From an uncultured Porphyromonadaceae bacterium (GTDB lineage: Bacteria > Bacteroidota > Bacteroidia > Bacteroidales > Muribaculaceae): 64,000 nt of DNA. The translations under genes were made by a program, and so were the position numbers. The notes beneath the pieces are model-generated. The model worked only from the letters and a program-made list of their open reading frames with translations. It made no database searches and was not told the origin of the DNA. This document shows positions 8,284 through 17,741 of the stretch, in pieces; the stretch's first letter is position 1, and each line of letters starts with the position of its first letter. The stretch is taken from the NCBI GenBank assembly GCA_947178215.1, contig CAMWXJ010000005.1:13795-77794 (forward strand), written 5' to 3'.

Positions 8284-10473
8284 ATGACTTTAGCCCTCGC
8301 CATACACGCAACGCAACCGCTGGTCACGTCGCCGGTGCCAATCTTCCTGATGGTACTGGCTATCATCCTGCTTGTTCCTCTGCTGCTCAACCGCCTCAAA
8401 ATTCCCTCGATAATAGGCTTCATTGTCGCGGGCGTGATAGTAGGGCCCTACGGGCTCAACTGGCTCGCCCGCGATATGAGTTTCGAAGTGTTTGGTCAGG
8501 TGGGCATCCTCTACCTCATGTTTCTCGCGGGTCTTGAAATAGACCTCTTCAACCTACGCAAGAACCTGAAAAAAGGAGTGGTGTTTGGCCTGCTCACCTT
8601 TGCCGTGCCGCTTGTGCTCGGCACCGTGTCGGCGCTCGCTGCCCTCGACCTCAGCTTCCTCGCGGCTCTGCTGCTTGCATCGATGTTTGCCGCGCACACG
8701 CTCATAGGCTACCCGATAGTGGCGCGTTTCGGCCTCACCAAAAATCCGGCGGTAGTGATAGCCGTGGCGGGCACAATCTTCACCGTACTCGGCTCGCTGC
8801 TCGTGCTCGCCGGAGTAATGGGAGTGGTGGAGAGCGGACACTTCTCCGTTCTCGACATGCTGAGGCTACTCGGCTCACTCGCAGTCTACTCCATAGCCGT
8901 AGCGTGGCTTTACCCCAAAATAACACGCTGGTTTTTCAGGCATTACACCGACGGCATCCTGCAATTCGTCTACATCCTTGCCATGACATTTCTCGCGGCT
9001 CAGGCCGCAGTATGGATAGGTCTCGAAGGCGTTTTCGGCGCGTTCTATGCCGGTATAGTGCTTGGGCGCTACGTACCGGCGCGCTCCACCCTTATGGGGC
9101 GCCTCGAATTTGTGGGCAACGCGCTTTTCATCCCCTACTTCCTCATCGGCGTGGGCATGCTCATCAACGTCAAGGTACTCACCACGTCGTGGAGCACGGT
9201 ATATGTCGCTGCGGTAATGTCGGCCACAGCCATGACATTCAAGTGGATAGCGGCCTATATCACCCAGCGCATCTATCACCTGAGCGGCCCCGACCGTTCC
9301 ATGCTCTATCAGCTGTCAAATGCCCACACCGCCGTAGCGCTCGCAGTGGTGATGATTGGCTTCTCGACCGGCATTTTCGGTGAAGAGATACTCAACGGCA
9401 CCGTGGTGATGATACTCGTCACCTGCACCGTAAGCTCGATAGGCGTGGGCCGGGCCGCTTCGCGCATCAAGCTACAACAGCTCGAACGCGAGGAGCTGAC
9501 CGTGGAGCCGGCCGACAATGCCGACAAGCCTGTCAACACGCTGATACCGATAGCCAACCCCGCCACAGCCAAGGAGCTTGTGAGCCTCGCCATACTCATG
9601 CGCGGTGAGAAGTCGGCACCCGGCTCGCTCTATGCCCTCCACGTGCGCACCGACAACAGCCCTTCATCGCGCTCAATATCGCGCAACTCGCTCGACGTAG
9701 CCCGCCGCGTAGCCGCCTCAGTCGAGGCCACGGTGCAGCCGATAGAGCGCTACGACCTCAATTTCGTCACCGGTACCATCAACGTCATCGAGGAGCGCGA
9801 CATATCGCAGGTCATCATCGGCCTCCATCGCCGCACCCAGTTCATCGACTCGTTCTTCGGAGAAAAGCTGAGCCAGATGCTCAAAGCCACAAGCCTTATG
9901 GTGGTGATTACACGCCTGTTTGTACCCGCCGCCACACTCATGCGCATCATCGTGGCAGTCCCCGAAAAGGCGCAGTTTGAGGTGGGCTTCACCAAATGGG
10001 TGCGCGCCCTGGGCAATCTCACCGCACAGATAGGCTGCCCCATTGTGTTCTGCTGCTACGACGACACACACCGCGCCATAGAGACCGTGATGCAGATTTA
10101 CCGCTACGACATCAACCGCAGCTACCGCACCATAGAGTCGTACGACGACTTTATACTGCTCGCCAACAAGGTGATGCCCGACGACCTCTTCGTCAACGTC
10201 ACCGCGCGCCGCGGCTCCATATCGTTTACCTCCGACATGGACACACTCCCCGACTTCCTCAGCCACAACTTCGCCGCCAACAACCTCATGGTAATCTACC
10301 CCGAACAAAGCGCCAACGCCGCAGCAGCCGATGTGGCCACACTTGCCGACCAGATGCTCGCCGATATCACCGTGGCACCCACGCCGATATGGCTGCGCCT
10401 GCGCGGCTGGGCACGCTCGGCGGCCGACCGCCTCAGCGGACGCCGCCGCACACACGACCGTCTTGACCTCTGA
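8284..10473 (+). CDS. Cation:proton antiporter (CPA2 / Na+/H+ exchanger) with USP-like C-terminal region
   Basis: About 12-13 hydrophobic segments, GILYLMFLAGLEID, EGVFGAFYAG, FIPYFLIGVGMLIN; soluble tail beginning TLIPIANPAT. Confidence 0.85.
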   Translation: MTLALAIHATQPLVTSPVPIFLMVLAIILLVPLLLNRLKIPSIIGFIVAGVIVGPYGLNWLARDMSFEVFGQVGILYLMFLAGLEIDLFNLRKNLKKGVVFGLLTFAVPLVLGTVSALAALDLSFLAALLLASMFAAHTLIGYPIVARFGLTKNPAVVIAVAGTIFTVLGSLLVLAGVMGVVESGHFSVLDMLRLLGSLAVYSIAVAWLYPKITRWFFRHYTDGILQFVYILAMTFLAAQAAVWIGLEGVFGAFYAGIVLGRYVPARSTLMGRLEFVGNALFIPYFLIGVGMLINVKVLTTSWSTVYVAAVMSATAMTFKWIAAYITQRIYHLSGPDRSMLYQLSNAHTAVALAVVMIGFSTGIFGEEILNGTVVMILVTCTVSSIGVGRAASRIKLQQLEREELTVEPADNADKPVNTLIPIANPATAKELVSLAILMRGEKSAPGSLYALHVRTDNSPSSRSISRNSLDVARRVAASVEATVQPIERYDLNFVTGTINVIEERDISQVIIGLHRRTQFIDSFFGEKLSQMLKATSLMVVITRLFVPAATLMRIIVAVPEKAQFEVGFTKWVRALGNLTAQIGCPIVFCCYDDTHRAIETVMQIYRYDINRSYRTIESYDDFILLANKVMPDDLFVNVTARRGSISFTSDMDTLPDFLSHNFAANNLMVIYPEQSANAAAADVATLADQMLADITVAPTPIWLRLRGWARSAADRLSGRRRTHDRLDL

Positions 10474-10566
10474 CATTCGTTGGTAAAAAAGTCGAAAAAT
10501 GAGGTGACAATCGGCTAACTCATGAACTCAGATTAGACATTTAGGCGACAAAAAAGCATTTTTTAC

Positions 10567-10574
10567 TAATTTTG
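10567..10574 (+). promoter_or_regulatory. -7 promoter element for the RND operon
   Basis: TAATTTTG in an AT-rich intergenic region. Confidence 0.6.
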
Positions 10575-10675
10575 CAGCCGGAAAAATAGGTTTATATCGC
10601 AAAACAAGTATAAAGCGGTAGTAACGAACAAGTACAATTTACGACAATAACGATTCAATAGATACAAGTCAACCA

Positions 10676-11860
10676 ATGATCAACAGCAACCTTATCAAGT
10701 CGACCGGCTTCTTCGCTGCCGGCTCGCTGATGATTTTAGCAGCGGCCTGTGGCAGCGGCGACAACAGCGCAATGCAACAGCAGGCTCCCTCGCTGCAAGT
10801 CATCACCCTCTCACCCTCAAATTCAGCGTCGGAAACCACCTTCCCCGCCCAGATCAAGGGTAAGACCGATATTGAAATCCGCCCACAGGTTACAGGTTTC
10901 ATCACCAAGGTCCATGTCGACGAAGGTCAGCATGTGCGCAAGGGTCAGCCACTCTTCACCCTCGATCAGGTAACCTTCCAGGCCGCCGTCGACCAGGCCC
11001 AGGCCGCCGTCAACTCCGCCGCGACTTCAGCGTCGACCGCACAGCGCACCGTTGATACCAAACGCGCACTCCTCGATAAAAACATCATCTCACAGTTTGA
11101 ATATCAGACCGCTGTCGACGATCTCGCCCGCGCCAACGCACAGCTCGCACAGGCCAAGGCAAGCCTTGTCAGCGCCCGCAAGAATCTCGCATACACTGTT
11201 GTGACATCGCCCAGCGACGGCGTAGTAGGCACAATCCCCCAGCGCGAGGGCTCACTCGCCTCGCCTTCGTCGGTACAGCCTCTCACCACCGTGAGCGATA
11301 ACTCGCAGGTTTACGCTTACTTCTCTCTTACTGAGCTCGACCTGCTCAATCTCTCAAAGGAAGGCGAGCAGACCGTCAACGGCGCTATCGCCGCCATGCC
11401 CGAAGTACGACTCCGTCTTGCCGACGGCACACTCTACCCTCTCTCGGGTAAGGTAGCCACAGTGAGCGGCGTCATCGACACATCCACCGGCGCTGCTTCC
11501 GTTCGCGCACTCTTCGACAACACCAACGGCATGCTCCGCTCTGGCTCCACCGGCACCATCGTCATCCCCGACAATCAGAGCGACGTGCTCGTGATTCCGC
11601 AGAAAGCAACCTACGAGCTTCAAGACCGCCGCTTCGTTTATGTGGTCAACGACTCCAACAAACTCGTGTCGACCCCCGTCGACGTAACCCCCATAAGCGG
11701 CGGCATGGACTTCGTGGTCAACAGCGGCCTCAATCCCGGTCAGCGCATCGTTGTGGAGGGTGTGGGCACACAATCAGTACGTCCCGGCATCGTAATCAAT
11801 CCCGTGTCGGCTTCGGCGCCCGCAACATCGCCTGTCGCCGCAACCGAGACAAAGGAGTAA
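10676..11860 (+). CDS. RND efflux periplasmic adaptor (MFP), lipoprotein
   Basis: Lipobox LAAAC, IEIRPQVTGFITKVHVDEGQHVRKGQPLF, YTVVTSPSDGVVG, GLNPGQRIVVEG. Confidence 0.93.
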   Translation: MINSNLIKSTGFFAAGSLMILAAACGSGDNSAMQQQAPSLQVITLSPSNSASETTFPAQIKGKTDIEIRPQVTGFITKVHVDEGQHVRKGQPLFTLDQVTFQAAVDQAQAAVNSAATSASTAQRTVDTKRALLDKNIISQFEYQTAVDDLARANAQLAQAKASLVSARKNLAYTVVTSPSDGVVGTIPQREGSLASPSSVQPLTTVSDNSQVYAYFSLTELDLLNLSKEGEQTVNGAIAAMPEVRLRLADGTLYPLSGKVATVSGVIDTSTGAASVRALFDNTNGMLRSGSTGTIVIPDNQSDVLVIPQKATYELQDRRFVYVVNDSNKLVSTPVDVTPISGGMDFVVNSGLNPGQRIVVEGVGTQSVRPGIVINPVSASAPATSPVAATETKE

Positions 11861-11911
11861 TCTCTCATCCGTCACAACTCTACTGTAATAAACAGCATTA
11901 TCGCATAGCGA

Positions 11912-14900
11912 ATGAAACTAGATACATTTATTAATCGTCCTGTACTCTCGACGGTTATATCAATATTCATCGTCCTGCTGGGTATTATCGGCCTCACGTC
12001 GCTCCCTGTGACCCAGTTCCCGGACATTGCGCCACCCACCATTTCGGTGACAACCACCTATCAGGGTGCCAACGCACAGGCCGTGCTCAACTCGGTCATC
12101 GCCCCTCTCGAAGAGTCAATCAACGGCGCCGAGGGCATGACCTACATGGAGTCGACCGCCACCAACACCGGCTCGGCGACAATCAACGTATACTTCGAGC
12201 AGGGCTTTGACCCCGACATGGCCGCCGTTGACGTACAGAACCGCGTAGCCAAGGCACAGAGCCTCCTGCCTGCCGAAGTAACCAGAGTGGGCGTGCTGAC
12301 ACAGAAGCGTCAGACCTCCATGCTCGTTGCCGTGGCACTCTACGACGAATCGGGCAACTACCCCGAGACTTTCGTAGAAAACTACATGAAAATCAACCTT
12401 GTGCCGCCTATGCAGCGTATCTCGGGCGTGGGCGACGTAATGGTTATGGGCGCTGACTACTCCATGCGTATCTGGCTCAAACCCGACGTAATGTCCCAGT
12501 ATCAGCTCATGCCTTCCGACATATCCGCCGTACTGGCCGAACAGAACATCGAGGCCGCTCCGGGTGCTTTCGGCGAACAGGGCAACCAGACTTTCCAGTA
12601 CACAATGAAGTACAAGGGCCGCCTCGTGCAGCCCGAGGAGTTTGAGGATATTGTGGTGCGCGCCACACCCAACGGCGAGGTACTCCGCCTCAAAGACGTA
12701 GCCGACATTGAGCTCGGCCGCGTGACCTATGGATTCCACGGCAAGCTCAACGGCAAGACCGGTGTCAACGCCATCGTGTTCCAGACAGCCGGCTCCAACG
12801 CAACACAGATCATCAACGACGTGCTCGCGTTTGTCGACGACGCCAAAAAGGATCTCCCCGACGGACTGGCTATCGCCATCCCGATGAACAACAACGACTT
12901 CCTTTATGCCTCGATACACCATGTGCTCATGACGCTCCTCGAAGCGTTCATCCTCGTGTTCCTCGTGACATATATCTTCCTCCAAGACTTCCGATCCACC
13001 ATCATTCCCGCCATCGCCATCCCCGTGGCCCTTATCGGTACGTTCTTCGGCATGAACCTCATCGGCTTCTCGGTCAACCTCATCACCCTCTCGGCTCTCG
13101 TGCTCGCGATTGCGATTGTGGTCGATGACGCGATTGTGGTGGTCGAGGCGGTGCACGCCAAGCTCGACGTGGGCTACAAGAGCTCCCGCAAGGCTGCAAT
13201 CGACGCCATGAACGAGATAGGCGGCGCCATCGTGTCGATCACGCTCGTGATGATGCTCGTGTTCATACCGGTGTCGTTCATGCCCGGCACTTCGGGTGTG
13301 TTCTACCGCCAGTTCGGTCTTACAATGGCAATGGCTATCGGCTTCTCGGCCATCAACGCGCTTACCCTCTCGCCGGCCCTCTGCGCGGTGTTCCTCAAAC
13401 CCCACAACACCGACGCATCGCTCAAGGAGCGCATGGGCGCAGCCTACTCCGAGGCCGCAGGCACCATGAAGAAGCGTTATTTCGGCCGCCTGCGCATGAA
13501 CTTCCACCCGCTCATCACTCTCCTCCTGCTCATCATCACCGTCACCCTGATGGTGCTTGGCTGGTTCAGCTTCGAGAACATCACCGAGGGTCTCGTGGCC
13601 GTAGCGTTCGGCATCCTGACACTCATGGGCCTTTTCGGCAAGCGTTTCCACGCCGCCTTTGAGAACGCCTACAACAAGATGCTCGACGGCTACCGCAAAG
13701 GCGTCAACCTCCTTACGCGCCACAAAATATCGGCCTTTATTCTCGTGGCCGCCGCCACAGTGGTACTCGTGTGGCTCATGAGAATCACCCCCTCGACCCT
13801 CGTGCCAAACGAAGACACCGGCACAGTGTTCTGTATGCTTGACATGCCTCCCGGCACGTCGCAGGAGCGTACCGGCCGCACTCTCGCACAAATCGACTCT
13901 CTCATCGGCACCATCCCCGGTGTGGATATGCGAATGATGATTGACGGCTACTCGTTCATGGCAGGCCAAGGCGCCACTTACGGCACATTTATCGTGAAGC
14001 TCAAAAACTGGAGCGAGCGCGACGAATCGCAAAGCTCCGACGCCATAATCCAACAGCTCTATGCCCTGACCGGCCAGTATGTGAAAGACGGCCGTGTGAT
14101 GATTTTCGCTCCGCCTATGATTTCGGGTTACTCCATGACCAACGGCTTCGAGCTGAAAATGCAGGACAAGACCGGCGGCGACATCAACGAGTTCTTCGCC
14201 ATAGTGCAGGCCTTCCTCGGTGCCCTCAACCAGCAGCCGGAAATCCAGATGGCTTACACCACCTTCAACCCTACCTTCCCCCAGTATATGATTGACATCG
14301 ACGCCGCAAAAGCCAAGCAGGCCGGTCTCTCGCCACAGACCATTCTCTCGACGCTCCAGGGCTATTACGGCGGTATGTATGTGTCAAACTTCAACCGCTT
14401 CGGCAAGCTCTACCGCGTAATGATGCAGGCCTCGCCCGAAGCCCGCGTAAGCCCCGAGACACTCAACTCTATCAAGGTGCGCAACGGATCGGAAATGGCC
14501 TCAATCTCCAACTTCGTCACACTCAAACGTGTCTACGGTCCTGACCTTCTCAACCGTTTCAACATGTTCCAGAGCATATCGGTAACGGGTCAGCCCGCTC
14601 CGGGCTACTCGTCGGGCGACGCCCTCGCCGCCGTGGAACGCGTGGCCGCCCAGACACTCCCCTCCGGTTTCGGCTACGAGTACGCCGGCATGACTCGTGA
14701 GGAAGCCTCAACCGGCGCCGGCTCGACCACTGCCGTCATCTTCGGTCTCTGTCTGCTCTTCGTCTACCTCCTCCTCTCGGCACAGTATGAGAGCTACTCG
14801 CTGCCGCTGGCTGTAATCCTCTCGATTCCCTTCGGCCTCATGGGCACCTTCATCTTCGCCAAGATAGGTGACATCGCCAACTCTATATACCTCCAGATCG

Positions 14901-15286
14901 CGCTCATCATGCTAATCGGCCTTCTGGCCAAGAACGCAATTCTTATCGTAGAGTTCGCACTCGAACGCCGCCGCACGGGCATGTCAATCTACAACTCGGC
15001 CGTCAACGGCGCCGTAGCCCGTCTGCGTCCTATCCTCATGACATCGCTCGCGCTCATCATCGGTCTTCTGCCCATGATGTTTGCCCACGGCGTAGGCGCC
15101 AATGGTAACCGCGCCCTCGGCGCCGGCTCGGTAGGCGGTATGCTTATCGGCATGGTGTTCCAGATATTCGTGGTGCCGGCGCTCTTCGTAGTGTTCCAGT
15201 TCCTCCAGGAGAAGATTACGCCCATCAAGTGGGAGGACACCGACAACGAGGGCATCGAAAGCGAAATCGAGCAATACTCACGTTAA
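11912..15286 (+). CDS. RND efflux permease (HAE1/AcrB-like) with an insertion after TM6
   Basis: FINRPVLSTVISI, QFPDIAPP, AIAIVVDDAIVVVE (proton-relay DD), GLLAKNAILIVEF, ARLRPILMTS. Confidence 0.95.
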   Translation: MKLDTFINRPVLSTVISIFIVLLGIIGLTSLPVTQFPDIAPPTISVTTTYQGANAQAVLNSVIAPLEESINGAEGMTYMESTATNTGSATINVYFEQGFDPDMAAVDVQNRVAKAQSLLPAEVTRVGVLTQKRQTSMLVAVALYDESGNYPETFVENYMKINLVPPMQRISGVGDVMVMGADYSMRIWLKPDVMSQYQLMPSDISAVLAEQNIEAAPGAFGEQGNQTFQYTMKYKGRLVQPEEFEDIVVRATPNGEVLRLKDVADIELGRVTYGFHGKLNGKTGVNAIVFQTAGSNATQIINDVLAFVDDAKKDLPDGLAIAIPMNNNDFLYASIHHVLMTLLEAFILVFLVTYIFLQDFRSTIIPAIAIPVALIGTFFGMNLIGFSVNLITLSALVLAIAIVVDDAIVVVEAVHAKLDVGYKSSRKAAIDAMNEIGGAIVSITLVMMLVFIPVSFMPGTSGVFYRQFGLTMAMAIGFSAINALTLSPALCAVFLKPHNTDASLKERMGAAYSEAAGTMKKRYFGRLRMNFHPLITLLLLIITVTLMVLGWFSFENITEGLVAVAFGILTLMGLFGKRFHAAFENAYNKMLDGYRKGVNLLTRHKISAFILVAAATVVLVWLMRITPSTLVPNEDTGTVFCMLDMPPGTSQERTGRTLAQIDSLIGTIPGVDMRMMIDGYSFMAGQGATYGTFIVKLKNWSERDESQSSDAIIQQLYALTGQYVKDGRVMIFAPPMISGYSMTNGFELKMQDKTGGDINEFFAIVQAFLGALNQQPEIQMAYTTFNPTFPQYMIDIDAAKAKQAGLSPQTILSTLQGYYGGMYVSNFNRFGKLYRVMMQASPEARVSPETLNSIKVRNGSEMASISNFVTLKRVYGPDLLNRFNMFQSISVTGQPAPGYSSGDALAAVERVAAQTLPSGFGYEYAGMTREEASTGAGSTTAVIFGLCLLFVYLLLSAQYESYSLPLAVILSIPFGLMGTFIFAKIGDIANSIYLQIALIMLIGLLAKNAILIVEFALERRRTGMSIYNSAVNGAVARLRPILMTSLALIIGLLPMMFAHGVGANGNRALGAGSVGGMLIGMVFQIFVVPALFVVFQFLQEKITPIKWEDTDNEGIESEIEQYSR

Positions 15287-15298
15287 TCCCGACCAACA

Positions 15299-16687
15299 AT
15301 GAAATCACGCAAATATATTATCCTCCCGGTGGTGGCCGCTCTTGCGGCTACCACCTTAGGGAGTTGCAATATCTACTCCAAGTTCAAGATGCCTACCGAC
15401 ACGGCTCTCACCGAGGAGTATGTCAAGGCACGCGACGCCGAAGCCGACACTGCCGCGTTCGGCAACCTCCGCTGGCAGGAGGTGTTCACCGATCCCGTGC
15501 TCGTCGACCTCATCTACCAGGCCCTCGACAACAACAAGGACCTCGCCAACGCCAAACTCAACGTCGACATAGCCCACGCACAGCTTCTCGGTGCCAAGCT
15601 CTCCTATCTCCCGTCGGTAGCACTCGCTCCCAACGTCGCCGGCGCCTCCTACGACCACAGCCATATCAACTGGACCTACCAGATACCTATGGCCGTAAGT
15701 TGGGAAATAGACATCTTCGGCAAGATTCTCAATACCAAGCGCGGCGCTGAGGCCTCATATCAGATGTCGCAGGCCGCCGAGCAGGCCACCCGCTCGCAGA
15801 TAATCGCCGCCGTAGCCAACACCTACTACGCCATAGGCACCACCAAGCGCACTCTCGACCTGCAACGCGAGACGTCGGTAAAATGGGCCGAAACCGTGCA
15901 GACGATGAAAGACCTCAAAGAGGCCGGCAAGTCGACAGAGGCGTCGGTAGTGCAGGCACAGGCCCAGTATATGAGCATTCTCGCATCGATTACCGACACC
16001 GAGGCCCAGCTCCACGAGCTCTACAACACCATGTCGCTCCTCCAGACCGTGGAGCCGCGCGAGTGGACCGTCAGCGATATACCCGTGCTTGACGTGCCTA
16101 TGCTCACACGCGACGAGATACCCATGCGTGAGCTCGCATCACGCCCCGACGTTCGCGCCGCCGAATACTCGCTCGCCGCGGCCTACTACGCCACAGCCGG
16201 CGCACGCTCCAACTTCTATCCCGCGCTCTCAATCGCCAGCAACGGCGGCTTCACCAATCTTCTCGGCTCAATCATCACCAACCCAGGCAAGTGGTTCATC
16301 CAGCTTTCGGGTCAGCTCACCGCGCCCCTCTTCGCACGCGGCGCCAACATCTCGCGCCTCAAAGCCGCCAAGGCACAGCAGGAGCAGGCGATGAACAACT
16401 TCGAGAAGACACTTCTTTCGGCATCGTCGGAAGTGAGCAACGCCATGACCACATACGCCAAGGCCACACAGAAGAGCGAATATCTCGCCGGCCAGGTTGA
16501 AAACCTCGAACAGAGCGTGGAAATCACCCAGACACTGCTCAAACTCGGAGGCTACAACACTACCTATCTCGAAGTGATAACCGCCCAGCAAAGCCTGCTC
16601 GGAGCCCAGATGAGCGCGTTAGCCTGCGACCTTACACGCTCGCGCGCACTCATCAACCTCTACCAGAGCCTCGGCGGCGGCCGATAA
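15299..16687 (+). CDS. Outer membrane efflux factor (TolC/NodT/OprM family), lipoprotein
   Basis: Lipobox LGSC, WQEVFTDPVL, WEIDIFGK, RPDVRAAE, YLEVITAQQSL, LYQSLGGG. Confidence 0.93.
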   Translation: MKSRKYIILPVVAALAATTLGSCNIYSKFKMPTDTALTEEYVKARDAEADTAAFGNLRWQEVFTDPVLVDLIYQALDNNKDLANAKLNVDIAHAQLLGAKLSYLPSVALAPNVAGASYDHSHINWTYQIPMAVSWEIDIFGKILNTKRGAEASYQMSQAAEQATRSQIIAAVANTYYAIGTTKRTLDLQRETSVKWAETVQTMKDLKEAGKSTEASVVQAQAQYMSILASITDTEAQLHELYNTMSLLQTVEPREWTVSDIPVLDVPMLTRDEIPMRELASRPDVRAAEYSLAAAYYATAGARSNFYPALSIASNGGFTNLLGSIITNPGKWFIQLSGQLTAPLFARGANISRLKAAKAQQEQAMNNFEKTLLSASSEVSNAMTTYAKATQKSEYLAGQVENLEQSVEITQTLLKLGGYNTTYLEVITAQQSLLGAQMSALACDLTRSRALINLYQSLGGGR

Positions 16688-16721
16688 TCACCATCCCTGT
16701 CAAATCCCAAATATCACTACC

Positions 16722-17507
16722 ATGATTTCCCCGCTTGCCTATGTCGATTCCTCGGCCAAGATAGCCGACGGTGTCACCATCCATCCTTTCGCCTACATCG
16801 ACGCCGACGTAGAAATCGGCGAGGGAACCGAGATAATGCCCTACACCAGCATTATACGCGGTACCCGAATCGGCCGCAACAACCGCATCTACCAGGGTTC
16901 GATAATCGGTGCCGATCCCCAGGACTTCCGCTGGAAAGGCGAGAAGACCTATTGCTTCATCGGCGACAACAACACCATCCGCGAGCATGTCATAATCAAC
17001 CGTGGCATCGCTTCCGAGGGCGGCACAAGCATAGGCTCCGATTCATTCATCATGGCCGAGACACACATCGGCCACGACAGCCACATCGCCGACAAGTGCG
17101 TGCTCGGCAACGACGTGTCAATCGCCGGCGACGTCGAGATAGGAGCCTGCTCGATTCTCTCGTCGGGCGTAATCCTCCACGAGCGTTCCAAGCTCGGCGA
17201 ATGGACGCTCATCAAGGGCGGCTGCCGCATCACCGGCAATGTGCCACCCTTCGTGATTATGGCCCACAACCCCGCCAGCTACTTTGGCGTCAATGCCTTC
17301 GTGATGCGCAAAAACGGTTTTACCGACGACGAGATTGACGATGTGGCGAAAGCCTACCGCCACGTATATCAGACCGGCACATCCGTGTTCAATGCGCTCA
17401 AACGCATCGAGTCCGACCTCAACCCCTCACGCGTCCGCGAGGAGATTATCGGATTCATCCGCGGCTGCAACCTCAAAATCGTCGCTATACCGCGCGACCT
17501 CGAATAA
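16722..17507 (+). CDS. lpxA: Acyl-ACP--UDP-N-acetylglucosamine O-acyltransferase (LpxA paralog)
   Basis: Hexapeptide repeats, IGADPQD, IGDNNTIREHVIINRG, THIGHDS (catalytic His region), VPPF, helical C-terminus. Confidence 0.8.
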   Translation: MISPLAYVDSSAKIADGVTIHPFAYIDADVEIGEGTEIMPYTSIIRGTRIGRNNRIYQGSIIGADPQDFRWKGEKTYCFIGDNNTIREHVIINRGIASEGGTSIGSDSFIMAETHIGHDSHIADKCVLGNDVSIAGDVEIGACSILSSGVILHERSKLGEWTLIKGGCRITGNVPPFVIMAHNPASYFGVNAFVMRKNGFTDDEIDDVAKAYRHVYQTGTSVFNALKRIESDLNPSRVREEIIGFIRGCNLKIVAIPRDLE

Positions 17508-17558
17508 ATCATCCTGCCGGTGTGCCTCCGCAGTGTCGGCGGCACACATACCGCTTCG

Positions 17559-17597
17559 GCCCCGCGCTCCTCTAAGTGAGGATGCGCGGGGCTTTTT
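17559..17597 (+). terminator. Intrinsic terminator ending the RND-lpxA operon
   Basis: GCCCCGCGC-TCCTC...GAGGA-T-GCGCGGGGC followed by TTTTT. Confidence 0.85.
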
Positions 17598-17741
17598 GCT
17601 GCCTTCTTATAACAATTTCAATATTATTCTACGTATTTGCGCAAATTTTGTTACACAAAATTTGCGGCTATGCAGAAATTTGCCTACATTCGCCGAATAC
17701 TAACTCTACCTCCTGAAAATCAAAATACCATAATATACAAC

